This document shows, one piece after another, positions 40,482 to 53,256 of a stretch of 64,000 nucleotides of DNA. The notes below the pieces were generated by a model. It did no database searches. It saw nothing but the letters and a program-made list of their open reading frames with translations, and was not told the DNA's origin. The stretch comes from the human T2T-CHM13v2.0 reference genome, Homo sapiens: assembly GCF_009914755.1 (NCBI RefSeq), contig NC_060926.1; one strand, given 5' to 3'. A program made the position numbers and the translations under genes. Numbering within the stretch: position 1 is the stretch's first letter; the number at the start of each line of letters is the position of its first letter.

Positions 40482-40516
40482 GCCACTCAAGAGTAGAAGT
40501 TATTTCTTAGAAACTC

Positions 40517-42076
40517 CTATTTTAGTCCCCAACGTTCAATGGAAACATGAGTTCATAACTCCAAGTTAACAAACCATGAACTATTGCATTAAATCCACAT
40601 CCATTATCCCATATGTAAATGTCATGAAGGTCAATGTACACAGCTCCATATAACTGCATTCCCAATAGCCATATGTCTGTCTAGTATTCATTGACTAAGC
40701 TTTATAGAATTTAGTAAAGCAAGGTGCATAACTTGGTGTGTCTGGGGTCTAAATTGGTGAATCTAGGCATTGAGGACCAGAATACTGTTTAGCAGAACCA
40801 ACATTGGTTCTCCAAAGTTTCTAGAATGTAAATAAGAAGTTTCTACACAGAAATGTCCTAGAAGACTCTAGAATTATTCATTCAGTGAACATTTATCAAC
40901 TGCCAGGCAAAAAAGTCAACTTACAGATCTCTGCTCACTTACTCTTTTCAGTGAAAATTGAAAAAGCTCACCACCTCTTTCTTAGTGTACTGAGGGAGAG
41001 AAAGGAATAACTAGTAAGCTGGATGAGAGCTCTGTCAATTAGAATAACAGGCCCTTGGTAGCCAATTCCAAATAACAATCTTCAGGGGAGCCCAATAATA
41101 AACATTAAACAGAAATATTAAATATGTAGTTCTAATTTACATTCCAGATGTCAGAATCTGCAAAAATGGGCAATGCAACAAAGATCAGACCATATGAGGA
41201 GCCAAGCTTCCCTGGTTTATCCAAAATCTGTTGAGTAAAAAGTGCAACTGCTTCACATGGGACTGTAGCCAAATTCAACCTGAGAGAACACATTTTGCAA
41301 ACATCCTCCAAATGTAGAAGCTTTCCTGATTGTTCATTTCTAAATGAACAAATAAGAGGTTTCAGTATGAACAATGTCCAGATGCCCCAGAAGCCTGCTC
41401 TGTTTGCCAATTCCATTGACCAAACACACATTCTATTCCTTTTGGATTTCATTGGCAGCCCACGGTGAGAAGCACCGTTTTATCTATGAAAAACTTTACC
41501 AACTTAAAGCTTGATGAGGAGATATATGAGGAGAGACCACTGGGCATTCTGATGAATTGAAAGTCAGAAGTTATTGAGCATAGTCAGATCTGATCTTTCC
41601 CAGACCCATACATTTCACCCAGGGAATTCCCATACAATTATGGGAAAACCTGAACCACATTATCCCTAACCAACTCCAAATTTAATGGTGTGAGGAACAC
41701 TCCACCTTGAAACAAAGCAAAGGCTTATAAAACACATGGCTGCTATGGTCTGACTTCTCAATAGAGGGCTGGTTATCTTTTCAATAATAAGTTCTTAAGC
41801 ATCTCTGAAAAATAATGCCCACTTGCCAATCTGCCTTTGGTCACTGGATCAAGAAAAAGAAAAGTGTTCCTAAATTGATTCTCCAACCCCTTTCTCTCTG
41901 TGTGTGATGAGATTGTTCCTAAAAAATCTAAACTATTTTTAGTCCCCCACCTTCAATAGAAACATGACTTGGTAACTCCAAGTGAACAAATCATTAATCA
42001 TTGCATTAAATCCACATCCATTATCCCACATGTAAATGTCATGAAGGTGAATGTACACAGCTCTATGTAACTACAT
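40517..42076. repeat. Dispersed direct repeat of ~143 bp (40517-40659 and 41933-42076)
   Basis: Shared core attgcattaaatccacatccattatcccaYatgtaaatgtcatgaaggtSaatgtacacagctc. Confidence 0.93.
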
Positions 42077-42269
42077 AGCTTAGAAACTAAGACAAAAATA
42101 TTCTTTTTATTAAGTTAGTAATCTGGATTTCAGGGGAAATTATTTTTTATGCAGACTTGTCAAGATTATACAAATAATCAATTTTCCAGGTAATTTACAA
42201 TCTTCAGAGTGTGTGGGCCTTTGAAAATAAAAATTCATGTGTAATTCTCCCTGTGGCCTGAATTTTGAG

Positions 42270-42870
42270 TGCACCAAATCCATATTATCTAAAGACAATG
42301 CTCATTACATTACACACCCTTATATCACCAATATTTGACCACCACTCCACCCAGAACTTTCCATGGCCCTTTACTCCCAATTCCATTGAAACTAAATTTC
42401 TCAGTTTAGTTGTCATAGTTTTTCACAGTACTTCTCCAGTTGGATTCACCAATTTTCCAAAATATACCTGTTGTTTAAGTCAAGCAAATTTCCTCTATGT
42501 CTACAAATAAATCATGCTTACTCTAGAGTCTTTTCCTTGTATTTCTTCCTTTCATTTGAAAGATTTCTTCTAAACTTCAGATCCAGCTTAAGATGTAATT
42601 TATTGAAAGTTGCATTTTTCAACCAACACCCTCACATTCATCTTTTCTCCTTTGCCTTCGAACATCACTAATCCTCTGTATCACATGATTTAGTAATGAC
42701 TTATGTTTAAAAACTTACTCTTGTTTTGTACATTTGATTAAAGTCTCACAAAAATGAAAGCTTCATTTAAAAAACATTTGTTCTCTGCTGTAATCTTAGC
42801 ACCTAGAACAATACCTGGAACATGGGGAGGCTTGATAAATATTTATTGAAATAATAAATAATGATTAAAC
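42270..42870 (+). mobile_element. L2 3' portion
   Basis: cttagcacctagaacaatacctggaacatggggaggcttgataaatatttattgaaat. Confidence 0.7.
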
Positions 42871-42961
42871 AAATGTCTTCTCAGTAGGACTTGGAATTTT
42901 TCAAGAACAGGGGCCACATTATCATCCTTTGATTTTTACTATCCACAGTCCACTGCTACAC

Positions 42962-43389
42962 TGTCTTAGTCTATCTTCTGTTGCTTATAACTGAATACCT
43001 AAGACTGGGTAGAAATGAAAATGGATTTCTTACAATCAGGGAGGCTGAGATGTCCATGACTGAGGGGCTATATCTCGTGAGAGCCTCCTTGCTGGTGGGG
43101 ACCCTCTTCAGAGTCCCAAGGTGGCATAGGGCATCACATGGCAAGGAGGCTGACTGTGCTAGCTCAGGTCTCTCTTCCTCTTCTTATAAAGCCACCAGTT
43201 TCATTCTCATGATTACCCATCAATCCATTCACACATTAATGCATTAGCCCATCAATGGATTAATCCATCCAGGAGGGCAGAGCCTTCATGACTCAATCAC
43301 TTCATAAAGGCCCCACCTCTGAATACTGCCTCATTGTGGATTAAATTTTAACATGAGTTTTGGAGGGGATAAATTTTCAAACCATAATG
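42962..43389 (-). mobile_element. MSTB-type MaLR LTR
   Basis: tgtcttagtctatcttctgttgcttataac...ctcaggtctctcttcctcttcttataaagccacc...aacatgagttttggagggg...aaaccataa. Confidence 0.87.
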
Positions 43390-44186
43390 CATGTACATCT
43401 CATTTACCAAGTACTCGATCTTCTGCAATGCTCAATGACTAATAAGTTACACAAAAGTTCAGCTACAGACTTAAGTTCTAGGTCAGACTTGAAGATAAAT
43501 GCAATTGTAGTAGTCACTGCCTAAATTATTCCTGGGGGAAAAAAGGAAGAGACAGAAAAAGATCTATTAAGTTTGGAAAGATGCCTATCTTTTAAAATAG
43601 AAAGTAAGACCACTTGTCATTTAAGGAACATAGGTCTTTCTTAATTATCATGTTTCATACAATTATTGTTAGGCACAGTTATTTCTTCTCTATAGAGGAC
43701 AAAGCTTATTAAATATAACATCTACTCAGATTTCCATGTAGATACATATCTCTAAAGTAAACAAGCCAGGCAAATATTATTATATCCACTGCACAGATGA
43801 AGAAACTAGTAAGATTGTCTTATCAAATGTTATATGGCTATGAAATGGTAGAGCTGAAACTAACACATTTTTTTTTTTTTTTTAGTTTGCCTCCCATATT
43901 TTTATGATGCCTTTTGAAAGCATTCTTAATGGTAAACATAAAGAAAATTTTGATGTCTACTCACTTTCCATTTTTTGGAATTTTCCCCTTTTGGTCTCCT
44001 TGCTACCCCTAGTGGACTCTACCTTCCTTCCCCTGATTCTCATGAGAATCTGATCATCGCTAAAGTGGGCAAGGTAAATTGTGGCAATTCTAGTGTATCG
44101 AGGTGGTTTTCTGAAGCAGTAATCAGTGCATTATTACTAATTCTATGCTTCTTCATGGAACCATTACCTAAAAACCTAGATATTTT

Positions 44187-44504
<318 letters not shown>

Positions 44505-44828
44505 AAAAAACTAGGTATTTTTATTGCTTTGGGAAGGAGAAAATGCAGAAAATATAAGAATCAAATCTTGACTTATTTCTAAAATATTCTCCAGAAACTC
44601 AAAGCAGAGCATAATCTTGAGCGCCAAGGCTTTCATTGTGAGAGCCAAGTTTTTATGATAGAGAAAAGGTTTTTCTGAGTCAACTCAGATGGAATATGAA
44701 GATAAATCTTATACCATAAATAGTAGTGTTAGGAAGAAGGCAGATTTCTCTCAAAAAACTACATAAATTCAATCTGCTGGAGAAAGAAGAGTTGAGATGG
44801 AAAAGGGGGCAATATTTAGTAGTCACTG

Positions 44829-45510
44829 TGTAGGTCTCAGAGAAGGGACTCTGCTCCCATCTTCCTCTCTTGTAGAGCTAGGCCCAGCCCTAGAGAAGGT
44901 GATCTAAACGGTAGTCAGGTTTGGGATGGGGAGTGGGAATTCTTGGAAGACAGCACTGCATTCCGCCTCCTGTTGAGTAGGCTGAGTTTAGAGCCTCTCA
45001 GATGTGCCCTGCCCCTCAGTGCAATGAACTGGAAGAGGAAATTGGAATATCTAAGAAGAAAGGGATTGTGAGAGGGCATCCAAACATTTCTTATGTTCTT
45101 GAAGGTCCTGGATCAGAAGATGCCTGACAAGAGGCCACTATCAGCAGCAACAGCACAGTGGGGACAAACCTGAGACCTTGATGGACCGTGGACACCAGCA
45201 GGAGAGACAGAGGTCAGTGGTGATGTGAATTAGGTACACCCCATGGGGGACAACAAAGGGCAAGGATAGCTATGACAACTCCTGCCCTAATGTGCATACC
45301 CCAAAAATATTTAGATGATACTCTGGGATGACGAAGAGTGGGGGAAAAAACACTAATTGGGTTTAAATGTAAGCCTGCTCAGAAATAATATGAAAGTTCT
45401 TGTTAGGGAAAATGGAGCACCAGAGAGTGATGGTTTAGTACCAGAAAAATAAAGATGTCACAGTTTTGCACATTTGTGTTTCTATCAATGAAATTTGTAG
45501 ACAATTCACA
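44829..45510 (+). mobile_element. Possible ancient Gypsy-type LTR (MamGypLTR-like)
   Basis: The 3' end agaaaaataaagatgtcacagttttgcacatttgtg...ttcaca resembles these LTR termini. Body heavily decayed. Confidence 0.3.
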
Positions 45511-46924
45511 CACAAAAGGTGATGGCTGGGAAGTGTGTGAACTACTGTGGGATACTGAGCCAGCAAGGGAACGCCAGATCCATTTCAGAAGCTGGGTCTG
45601 TCTTCAAAGGGTTTTGACTTGCTGACCTCTGGCTGGCTTGCATCCTCCTCTCGGAACACACCAGACAGACGAGTAAACACAGATCACCAGTGGGCCACAT
45701 GTTCCCTTCTTCTTCCAAGTGCTCTGTGTCCGTGGGCCTCCCCCGCTCCAGGCTTTTCATCTAGGTCCTCTTGACTGATGCTCAGGCCCCACAGAAGTTT
45801 CCTCACTCCTCTCTCAGCCAAGCAAGGGTGTAGAAAATAATAACCAAGCTCATAAGAGATTTCCAATATTGGTGAAGATCTTCACCCCTAGCTTTTCTCA
45901 AATGCATGATCTACAATGCATGAAACCCTGACTTCATTCATTCCTTTGAACACAACCTTTCCCTCTCTGATTTCCTCCTGTAAATGCTGATGTTCCCCGG
46001 TAAATGCTGAAGTCCCTAACTCTCCTCTACGAGAAGTCATTATATTCTTTGACTCTGTGACACGGGTGACTTCAAGAAGCAGAAAACAGTAAGGTTAAAA
46101 AAAAAAAGGTTGAGACCTTAAAAGAGGAAAGAAGGGTTCAGAAAGGGGTGTTTGGAGGAGCTGAAGAGAACTTTGTCCATCATCTTTCTTGAGGATAGAT
46201 CCAAGTATGCAGTGAACCACCTTTGCATGCTGCTAAAATAAATGGCAGCAGGTCAAAGACAAAGAGGCCTTTCAGAGGACAGAAGGAAATGAATGTTGGA
46301 ATAAATGCTTTCTGATACATTTACACAGTTCCAAGTTGGCTAAATTACACATCCATTGTTTTAGATAGTAGTTCAGAGATCTCCTTCTTAACAGTAAGTA
46401 TTTTTTTAAAATGCTTTATTAAGGTATTATTGACCTATACTGTACATATTTAATATATATATTTTGATGAGTTTGTGGATATGTATACATCCATGAATCT
46501 ATTACCACTGTCAAGGCCATCAACATATCCATCACCTCCCAAAGTTTCCTTCCATCCCATTTATTATTATTGTTGTTGCTGTCATTTAATTAATTTACTT
46601 ATTTTTATGGTAAGATCTATTATCTTAGCAAATGTTAAGTCTACAATATTATATATGCTGTATAGATCTCCAGAAGTTATTCATCTTGCATTACTGAAAG
46701 TTTGTACCCTTTAACCAACACCTCCTCCTTTCTCCCTACCCATCCCCTAGCAACCACCATTCTACTCTCTGCTTCTATGAGTTTGACTGTTTTAGATTCC
46801 ACATGTAAATGAGGTCATACAGCATTTGTCTGTGACTGGCTTACTTCACTTATGATAACACCCTCTAGGTCATCCATGTTATTGTAAATGGCAGGATTTC
46901 CTTTTTAAGGGCGAATGATATTCC

Positions 46925-46926
<2 letters not shown>

Positions 46927-46961
<35 letters not shown>

Positions 46962-47045
46962 TATATATATGTCATATATATGTCATATGTGTGTCATATG
47001 TCGTGTGTGTCATGTCATATGTCACATGTGTGCCATATGTGTGTG

Positions 47046-47086
<41 letters not shown>

Positions 47087-47108
47087 TTATATATATATAT
47101 ATCTCTCT
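46927..47108. repeat. Compound (TG)n / GTCATAT / (TA)n microsatellite inside the L1
   Basis: Read directly. Confidence 0.95.
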
Positions 47109-47384
47109 CACAATTGTTTATCCATTCATCCACCACAGGACACTTACGTGTTTCTATATCTTGGCTATTGTGAATAATACTGCAATGAACACGGAAGCAT
47201 AGATACCTCTTCAAGATCCTAATTTCAATTCTTTGGATCTATATTCAGAAGTGAGATTGCTGAATCATATGGTAGTTTTAGTTTTCAAGGAACCTCCATA
47301 CTGTTTTCCGTGACGGCTATAAAAATTTACATTCCCATCAATAATGTGCAAGGATTCCCCTTTTTCCACATTCTCACCAGCACT

Positions 47385-48252
47385 TGTGCGTGTGTGTGTG
47401 TATATATAATATATATATTTGTGTATTGTATATATATTGTATATATACACTATTGTATATATAGTATATATATACAATTGTGTATATATACTATATATAC
47501 ATATACTATATATACTATATATACAATTGTATATATAGTATACATATATGTATATTTGTGTATTGTATATATATTGTCTGTGTATATATACAATTGTATA
47601 TATAGTATATATGTATACATATATGCATACACACATATATGTATACACACATATACATATACACATATGTACACACACTTATACATATGCACACATGTAT
47701 ACATATACACATGTATACATATATACATATGTATACATGTATATGTATACGTATATATACATGTATGTATATGTATATATACATATATGTATATGTATAT
47801 ATACATATATGTATATGTATATATACATATATGTATATGTATATATACATATATACATATACATACATATATGTATATATGTGTATATACATATCTATGT
47901 GTACATACGTATATACACATATGTTTATATGTGTATATATGTATACATATATACTATATATACGATTGTATATATATACACAAAATATATATACGATTGT
48001 ACATATATACACACAATATATATACGATTGTATATATATACACACCATATATATACAATAATATATATACAATTGTATATATAGTATATATACAATATAC
48101 AATATTGTATATACAATTGTATATATATTGTATATATACAATATACTATATTGTATATACAATTGTATATATACAATATAGTATATTGTATATATACAAT
48201 TGTATATATACAATATACTATATTGTATATATACAATTGTATATATATATAC
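47385..48252. repeat. ~870-bp AT-rich (TA/TG/CA) low-complexity quasi-palindromic array
   Basis: Repeated tatacaattgtata and tatatgtatacata units, bounded by 26-bp inverted repeats. Confidence 0.95.
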
Positions 48253-50158
48253 AAGTGCTGGTGAGAACATGGAAAATGGCTATTATATAATAGCCATACT
48301 AAAGGTGTGAGGTGATAACTCATTGTGGTTTTGATATGCATGTCCCTAATGATTAGTAATGTTGAGCCCCTTTTCATACACCTGTTGGTCATGTCTTCTT
48401 TGGAGAAATGTCTATTCAGGTTCTTTCCCTATTTTTAATTGAATTATTTTATTTTTGCCCTTTAGTTATAGAAATTCATTGTATACTTTAGTTATTGACC
48501 CTTTATCAGGTGTATGGTTTGCAAATATTTTCTCCCATTCCACAGATTGATTTTTCATTTTGTGGATTGCTTCCTTTGCTGTGAAGAAGCTGTTTAATTT
48601 GATGTAATCCTACTTGTTTATTTTTTGCTTCTGTTGTCTGTGCATTTGGTGTCATATTCAAAACATTATTGCCAGAACCAATGTCAAGAGACTTTTTCCC
48701 CATGTTTTCTTCTGGGAGTTTTATGGTTTCAGATTTTATGTTTAAGTCTTTAATCAATATTGAGTTGATTTTTGCGTATGGTGTAAAACAGGGTGCAATT
48801 TCATTTGTTTTCCTGTGGATAACCAATTTTCCCAACACCATTTATTGAAGAGACTATTTTTTCTCCTTGTGCATTCTTGATGCCCTGGTCAAAAATTAGT
48901 TGATCATATACGTGTGGGTTTATTTCTGGACCTTCTATTCTGTTCCATTGGTTTATGTGTCTATTTCTACGTCAGTACCATACTGGCTTGACTACTATAG
49001 CTTTATAATATAATTTGAAATCAGAAAGTGTGATGCCTCTAAGTTTTGTCCTTCTTACTTAGGATTGCTTTGGCTGTTCTGTTTGTGTGTGTGTGTGGTT
49101 CTATATAAATTTGTGGATTGTTTTTTATATCTGTGAAAAAAATGCCATTGGAATTTTGATAGAGATTGCATTGAATCATTAGACATCTTTTGGTAGTATG
49201 GACATTTTAACAATATTATTTCTTCTAATTTATGAACATGGGATATATTTTCATTTATTTGTCTCTAATTTGTTTTATTGGTGCTTTATAGTTTTCAGTG
49301 TACAGATCTTTCACCCCTTGGTTAAATTTATATCTAAGGCTTTTTTGATGCTATTTTAAATGAGATTTGTTTTTTAATGTCCTTTTTGGATTTTTTTTGT
49401 TAGTGGACAGAAACACACTGTTTTTGTATGTTGATTTTATATCCTGCAACTTTACTCAATTTGTTTTTTATTTCTAACAGTTTTTTTTGTGGGGGTGAGT
49501 TTCTCAGCATTTGGCTATTTAGCTGAAGCTTAAACTCTTCTGCAAATAAAAAAATGATGCCCTTACACCAATGTAGTCTAGAAGCTAACAAATAACTTTT
49601 GTAAGTATCTTACCTCATTCTTTCTGGTTCACAGCCCAATAAAGGAAGCAAGGTATTCCAGGTTGAACCTCCAGAAATTCACTCTTGATTTATATTTATG
49701 GCAGAGAAAGAGAGGGTAGGGAGAGTAAAAGGGATCCCTGGAAAGTTTCTAGGAGTAACATCAGATATGATGGTGGAAGCTACTCACATGAGTTCCCCAG
49801 GGGCTGAAAGTAGCTGATGGAGAAAGCTTGGCCTCCTTTGCGATAGCATCCTCAGAGACTGTTTCAGTTCTCCTTTCACACCTGGCATGTATTTATATGG
49901 TACCAGAGAAGGGATTTTTATTTTAAATTATGCATGTGGATTTGCACCTTTATTCTATCAGAATCAAACTGTTATTCCACAACACTCCATAAAGTTAATG
50001 ATACAATGTGACTAGAACTCTTTCCTGAAATATGACATTCTTCAGGGACCTTGAAAGTATTAAAGGGAGTGGATGCCAAGGCCAAATCATACCCCTGGAG
50101 CCACATAGAAGTTCCACAAGTACTTATATACCAGTGACATATATATTCCTTAGTTTCT

Positions 50159-51062
50159 GTGAATTCAATCAGAAGGTTTATATGAAAAGTTTCTGAAAAA
50201 CCAGAGGTACAATGGCAAGGGGTCTGGGAGCCACCCTGACCTAGGCAGAGCAGTCCAAATCCATACTTGACTGTAGGTAACTAATGACCTGGTCAAAGCA
50301 GAGAGAAGAAGTGAAGATTTCAAGTTAGAAAGGAAATTAAACTTCCACCACTGTGATTTCATAATGTGACAAAATTAGAAAATTAGAAAATCTATTTTGT
50401 GTTCATCTCATTGAATATTTATAAGTCACCATTAATATCAATTTTAAAAATGTTTTGCATTTTTTGACCTAGTGTAAGAGATCTAAAAAATAATTCAAAG
50501 GTTTTTACACCACAGATTTTTATTTTTATTTCCCAGATATAATTTGCATTTAGTCTGATTATGATACAATTGAGTCCATTTGGAGCATAATATTCTCCAT
50601 AGAAAGAGTAAATACATTTATATCCACCTGTGCATGTATGTAGGATATTTTGGAAAAAGGCATTGAAATAGGATTCTAAAGGCCAGACAGGGTCTACCAC
50701 TTACATGGCATGCTAGATAGTCTCTGTGGCCTTGGCTAAGTTATCTAGCCTCACAGGGCCTATTTATTCATTTATAAAATAGGCATAATCCACTCTTTCA
50801 GAATTATTATGAGTAGTAAATGAGACAACAAATAAGGAGTAATTCATTTTTAAATATTCATTTATTTTATATATTGATAATATACAGACATAGATCCTGG
50901 TGGTTGCTGTGGCTTTGAGACAAGGTCACACTCTGTCACCCAGGCTGGAGTACAGCAGCTTGAATGTGGCTCACTGCAGCTGTGCTCAGTGAATTCAATC
51001 AGAAGGTGTATATGCAAAGTCCCTGAGAAATCAGAGGTACCATGGCAAAGGGTCTAGGAGCC
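50159..51062. repeat. 74-bp dispersed direct repeat (50159-50232 and 50989-51062)
   Basis: gtgaattcaatcagaagg...ggtctRggagcc, 9 mismatches, offset 830 bp. Confidence 0.93.
50660..50840 (+). mobile_element. MIR
   Basis: tgtggccttggctaagttatctagcctcacagggcctatttattcatttataaaataggcataat. Confidence 0.7.
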
Positions 51063-51126
51063 CCCAAAGGCCCATTTTGGCCTCCCAAAGTGCTGGAATG
51101 ACAGGCATGAGCCACCGTGTCAGGCC
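50914..51126 (-). mobile_element. Monomer-length AluJ/FRAM-like remnant with a foreign centre
   Basis: gagacaaggtcacactctgtcacccaggctggag...ctcactgcagc, then non-Alu sequence, then ggcctcccaaagtgctggaatgacaggcatgagccacc. Confidence 0.85.
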
Positions 51127-51321
51127 TTATATCTTGTTTTCGTATCTTATAATTTTTAAGTATCTGAGTTCTTCAGAGCTGGGATAGATTATATGTGATT
51201 CAGTCGCTCAAATTTTTGGGGGGTGCCTATGGCAAATAAGCTCTTAGCACCCAGCAAAAGTTTGTCACATCGAATCCTTACTTAATAAATATTTCTAAAG
51301 GTCTATCTGCACTCTCTAAAA

Positions 51322-51385
51322 CAGCACTTTCTGTGATGACGGAAATGTTCTATATTTTCACTGACCAAAATGGTAGCCACTGTTT
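51322..51385. mobile_element. MER3 fragment
   Basis: actttctgtgatgacggaaatgttctata...aaatggtagccact. Confidence 0.65.
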
Positions 51386-52065
51386 TAAATACCATTCTCA
51401 GAGCTAATGTTTCCCTAGTATCTTTTACCACTAAGAAAATGCGGTGTCTCTCTACAGTGGCTACCATCCCCATAAAGAGGTAAGTATGTTATAAAGGAAA
51501 GCATACCAAGGCATTATAAACATGCAGTGCAACCCCCAGTGGCAGACTCTCACTCCCAAAGAGGAATCTTGAGAAGACCACTTAACCAAAAAGAATGAAA
51601 GGCCATGGTGAAATTTCCAGAACCAAAGCAGGAACATGGTGTTAGGGAGTGGATCTTCTCAACGGATTTCCTATAGACCACTGCCCTCCCTACCACATGT
51701 AGCTCTATAATCTCTCTCGCTACCTATTCCTCCCAGTTACCACTCACCCAATGTCCTGGTTATACAGATCAGGAGAAGCACCACCATGGCAAAGATCAGG
51801 GCCACACTGAAGGTGGGAATCTTTTCAAAGAAGAGCAAAGATTGCAGTAGCCACAGAATATGCCAGGTTGTGTGCGTGTGTTTGTTTTTCTTCCTTTTTT
51901 TTTTAAACAGCTCTATAATTCCAGCATTGAACTTGAGCATGATCATTATTTCCTCCTCTCCTCATCTCACGATATATCCATACCAGCACAACCAAGACTC
52001 TCAATGTCAACACTGTTTGCTTTCCTTGTGGAGCAAGACACGTTCAGTCCCATGCTATCACACAT

Positions 52066-53256
52066 TTAGAGCAGATGTTCCTAAAAAGGATAAACCAGGT
52101 GCTTAACATATTTTATTCCAAGGGGTAATTTTAGAAATTATTGCAATCAATGAGCTAATAATAATGGTGGTAATGATGAGGCCAAGTTATTATTACTTAT
52201 TACCTTTAATCATCGACAGCAACTCAATTGGACATAATTAGAGACATCATCATAAATAACGTGGAGCAGATGGAAGATGCCGGGCTTTTCATTTCGAGGA
52301 CTGAGTAGGAAGGTTAATGATGGAAGAATGGGCATAAAGAATGGGGCGTTTATATCACAAATCCATCCTGCACTTGAACCTTTCCTGTCTGAAACCCATA
52401 CAAACAGCTGAATTAGACAGAAGGTATAAGCAGCCAACCCTGCACTTTCAATGTCCACTCACTCACTTTGCAACAGCCTTCTGCCCATCACTCATTGCCA
52501 GACCCCAGTTCTGCCCCATTTCTATCCATGTGGGTTAAGCAGTGGCCTTCTTTCTTTCTTTCTTTCTTTTTTTCAATTTCAATGGCAAAAGGGAAATAGA
52601 GCAATAGTCTTTCCTGATCTTCCCCCAATCTCTCTTTGAAAACATGCAAATGCTTTAGTTAGCCATTTAGTATTAACTTAAAATTTGGCATGAAATGCAG
52701 TAAGAAACATTACATGACCTCCGCACATTAACTTAGTAAAACAACTATTTCCTATGTATGGCAACTGTAGTACAGGTGCAGAGGAGTACACCCACAAGTA
52801 AGACACAGTTAGGTGTTCAAGTGGGATAACAAATTGATGTCGAAAAGGAAACCTGGGCTGTGAAGTTGTATACTTGGGGTTTAAATCCTGCAACTGCCAT
52901 GTACTGAACCATTATACTGGGCAAGTTATTTTTCTTTCCGGAGCCTCTGTTCTATTGATTGTAAGTGGCTAGCTTGTTAGCAGTGCCCTCTCTGTGGACC
53001 AAGATACCCTTGTCTTTTTCTCCATAAAAGAACCCTTCTCACCAGACTTCAGCTGTGGTAATTGTCCTGTCTCACCCATAGATTTGGAGAAGGTACTGCA
53101 ATGGATTATTCCTTTCTCTGCCTCTGGTACCTGGCACATACTAAGTACTCAACAAATGTTAGAGTAGATGTTTCTAGAAAGGATAAACCAGATGCTTAAC
53201 ATATTTAATTCCAAGGGGTAATTTTAGAAATTATTGTAATCAATGAGCTAATAATA
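52066..53256. repeat. 98-bp dispersed direct repeat (52066-52163 and 53159-53256)
   Basis: About 6 mismatches, offset 1093 bp. Confidence 0.95.
52845..52970 (+). mobile_element. MIR
   Basis: gggtttaaatcctgcaactgcca...ctgggcaagttattt...gagcctctgtt. Confidence 0.65.

Larger units (their letters stand above)
46401..49505 (-). mobile_element. L1MA9/L1MB1-type LINE (3' UTR plus ORF2 C-terminal part)
   Basis: Minus-strand ORF remnants read as L1 ORF2 ([32 protein letters not shown]; KLLEIKNKLSKVAGYKINIQK). The 3' UTR end is near 46401. Confidence 0.9.

Noticed and set aside
40517-42076. Direct repeats as LTRs of a novel 1.5-kb retroelement
   Set aside because: No TG...CA termini, TSD, primer-binding site, polypurine tract or internal ORF is evident.
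46928-48392. Many long overlapping ORFs (up to 326 aa) rich in Y, I, V, C, T and H
   Set aside because: They are translations of TA/TG microsatellite that lacks stop codons, open in several frames on both strands. Not genes.
48506-49591. ORFs resembling a polymerase or nuclease protein
   Set aside because: These are decayed L1 ORF2 fragments, broken by stops and frameshifts.
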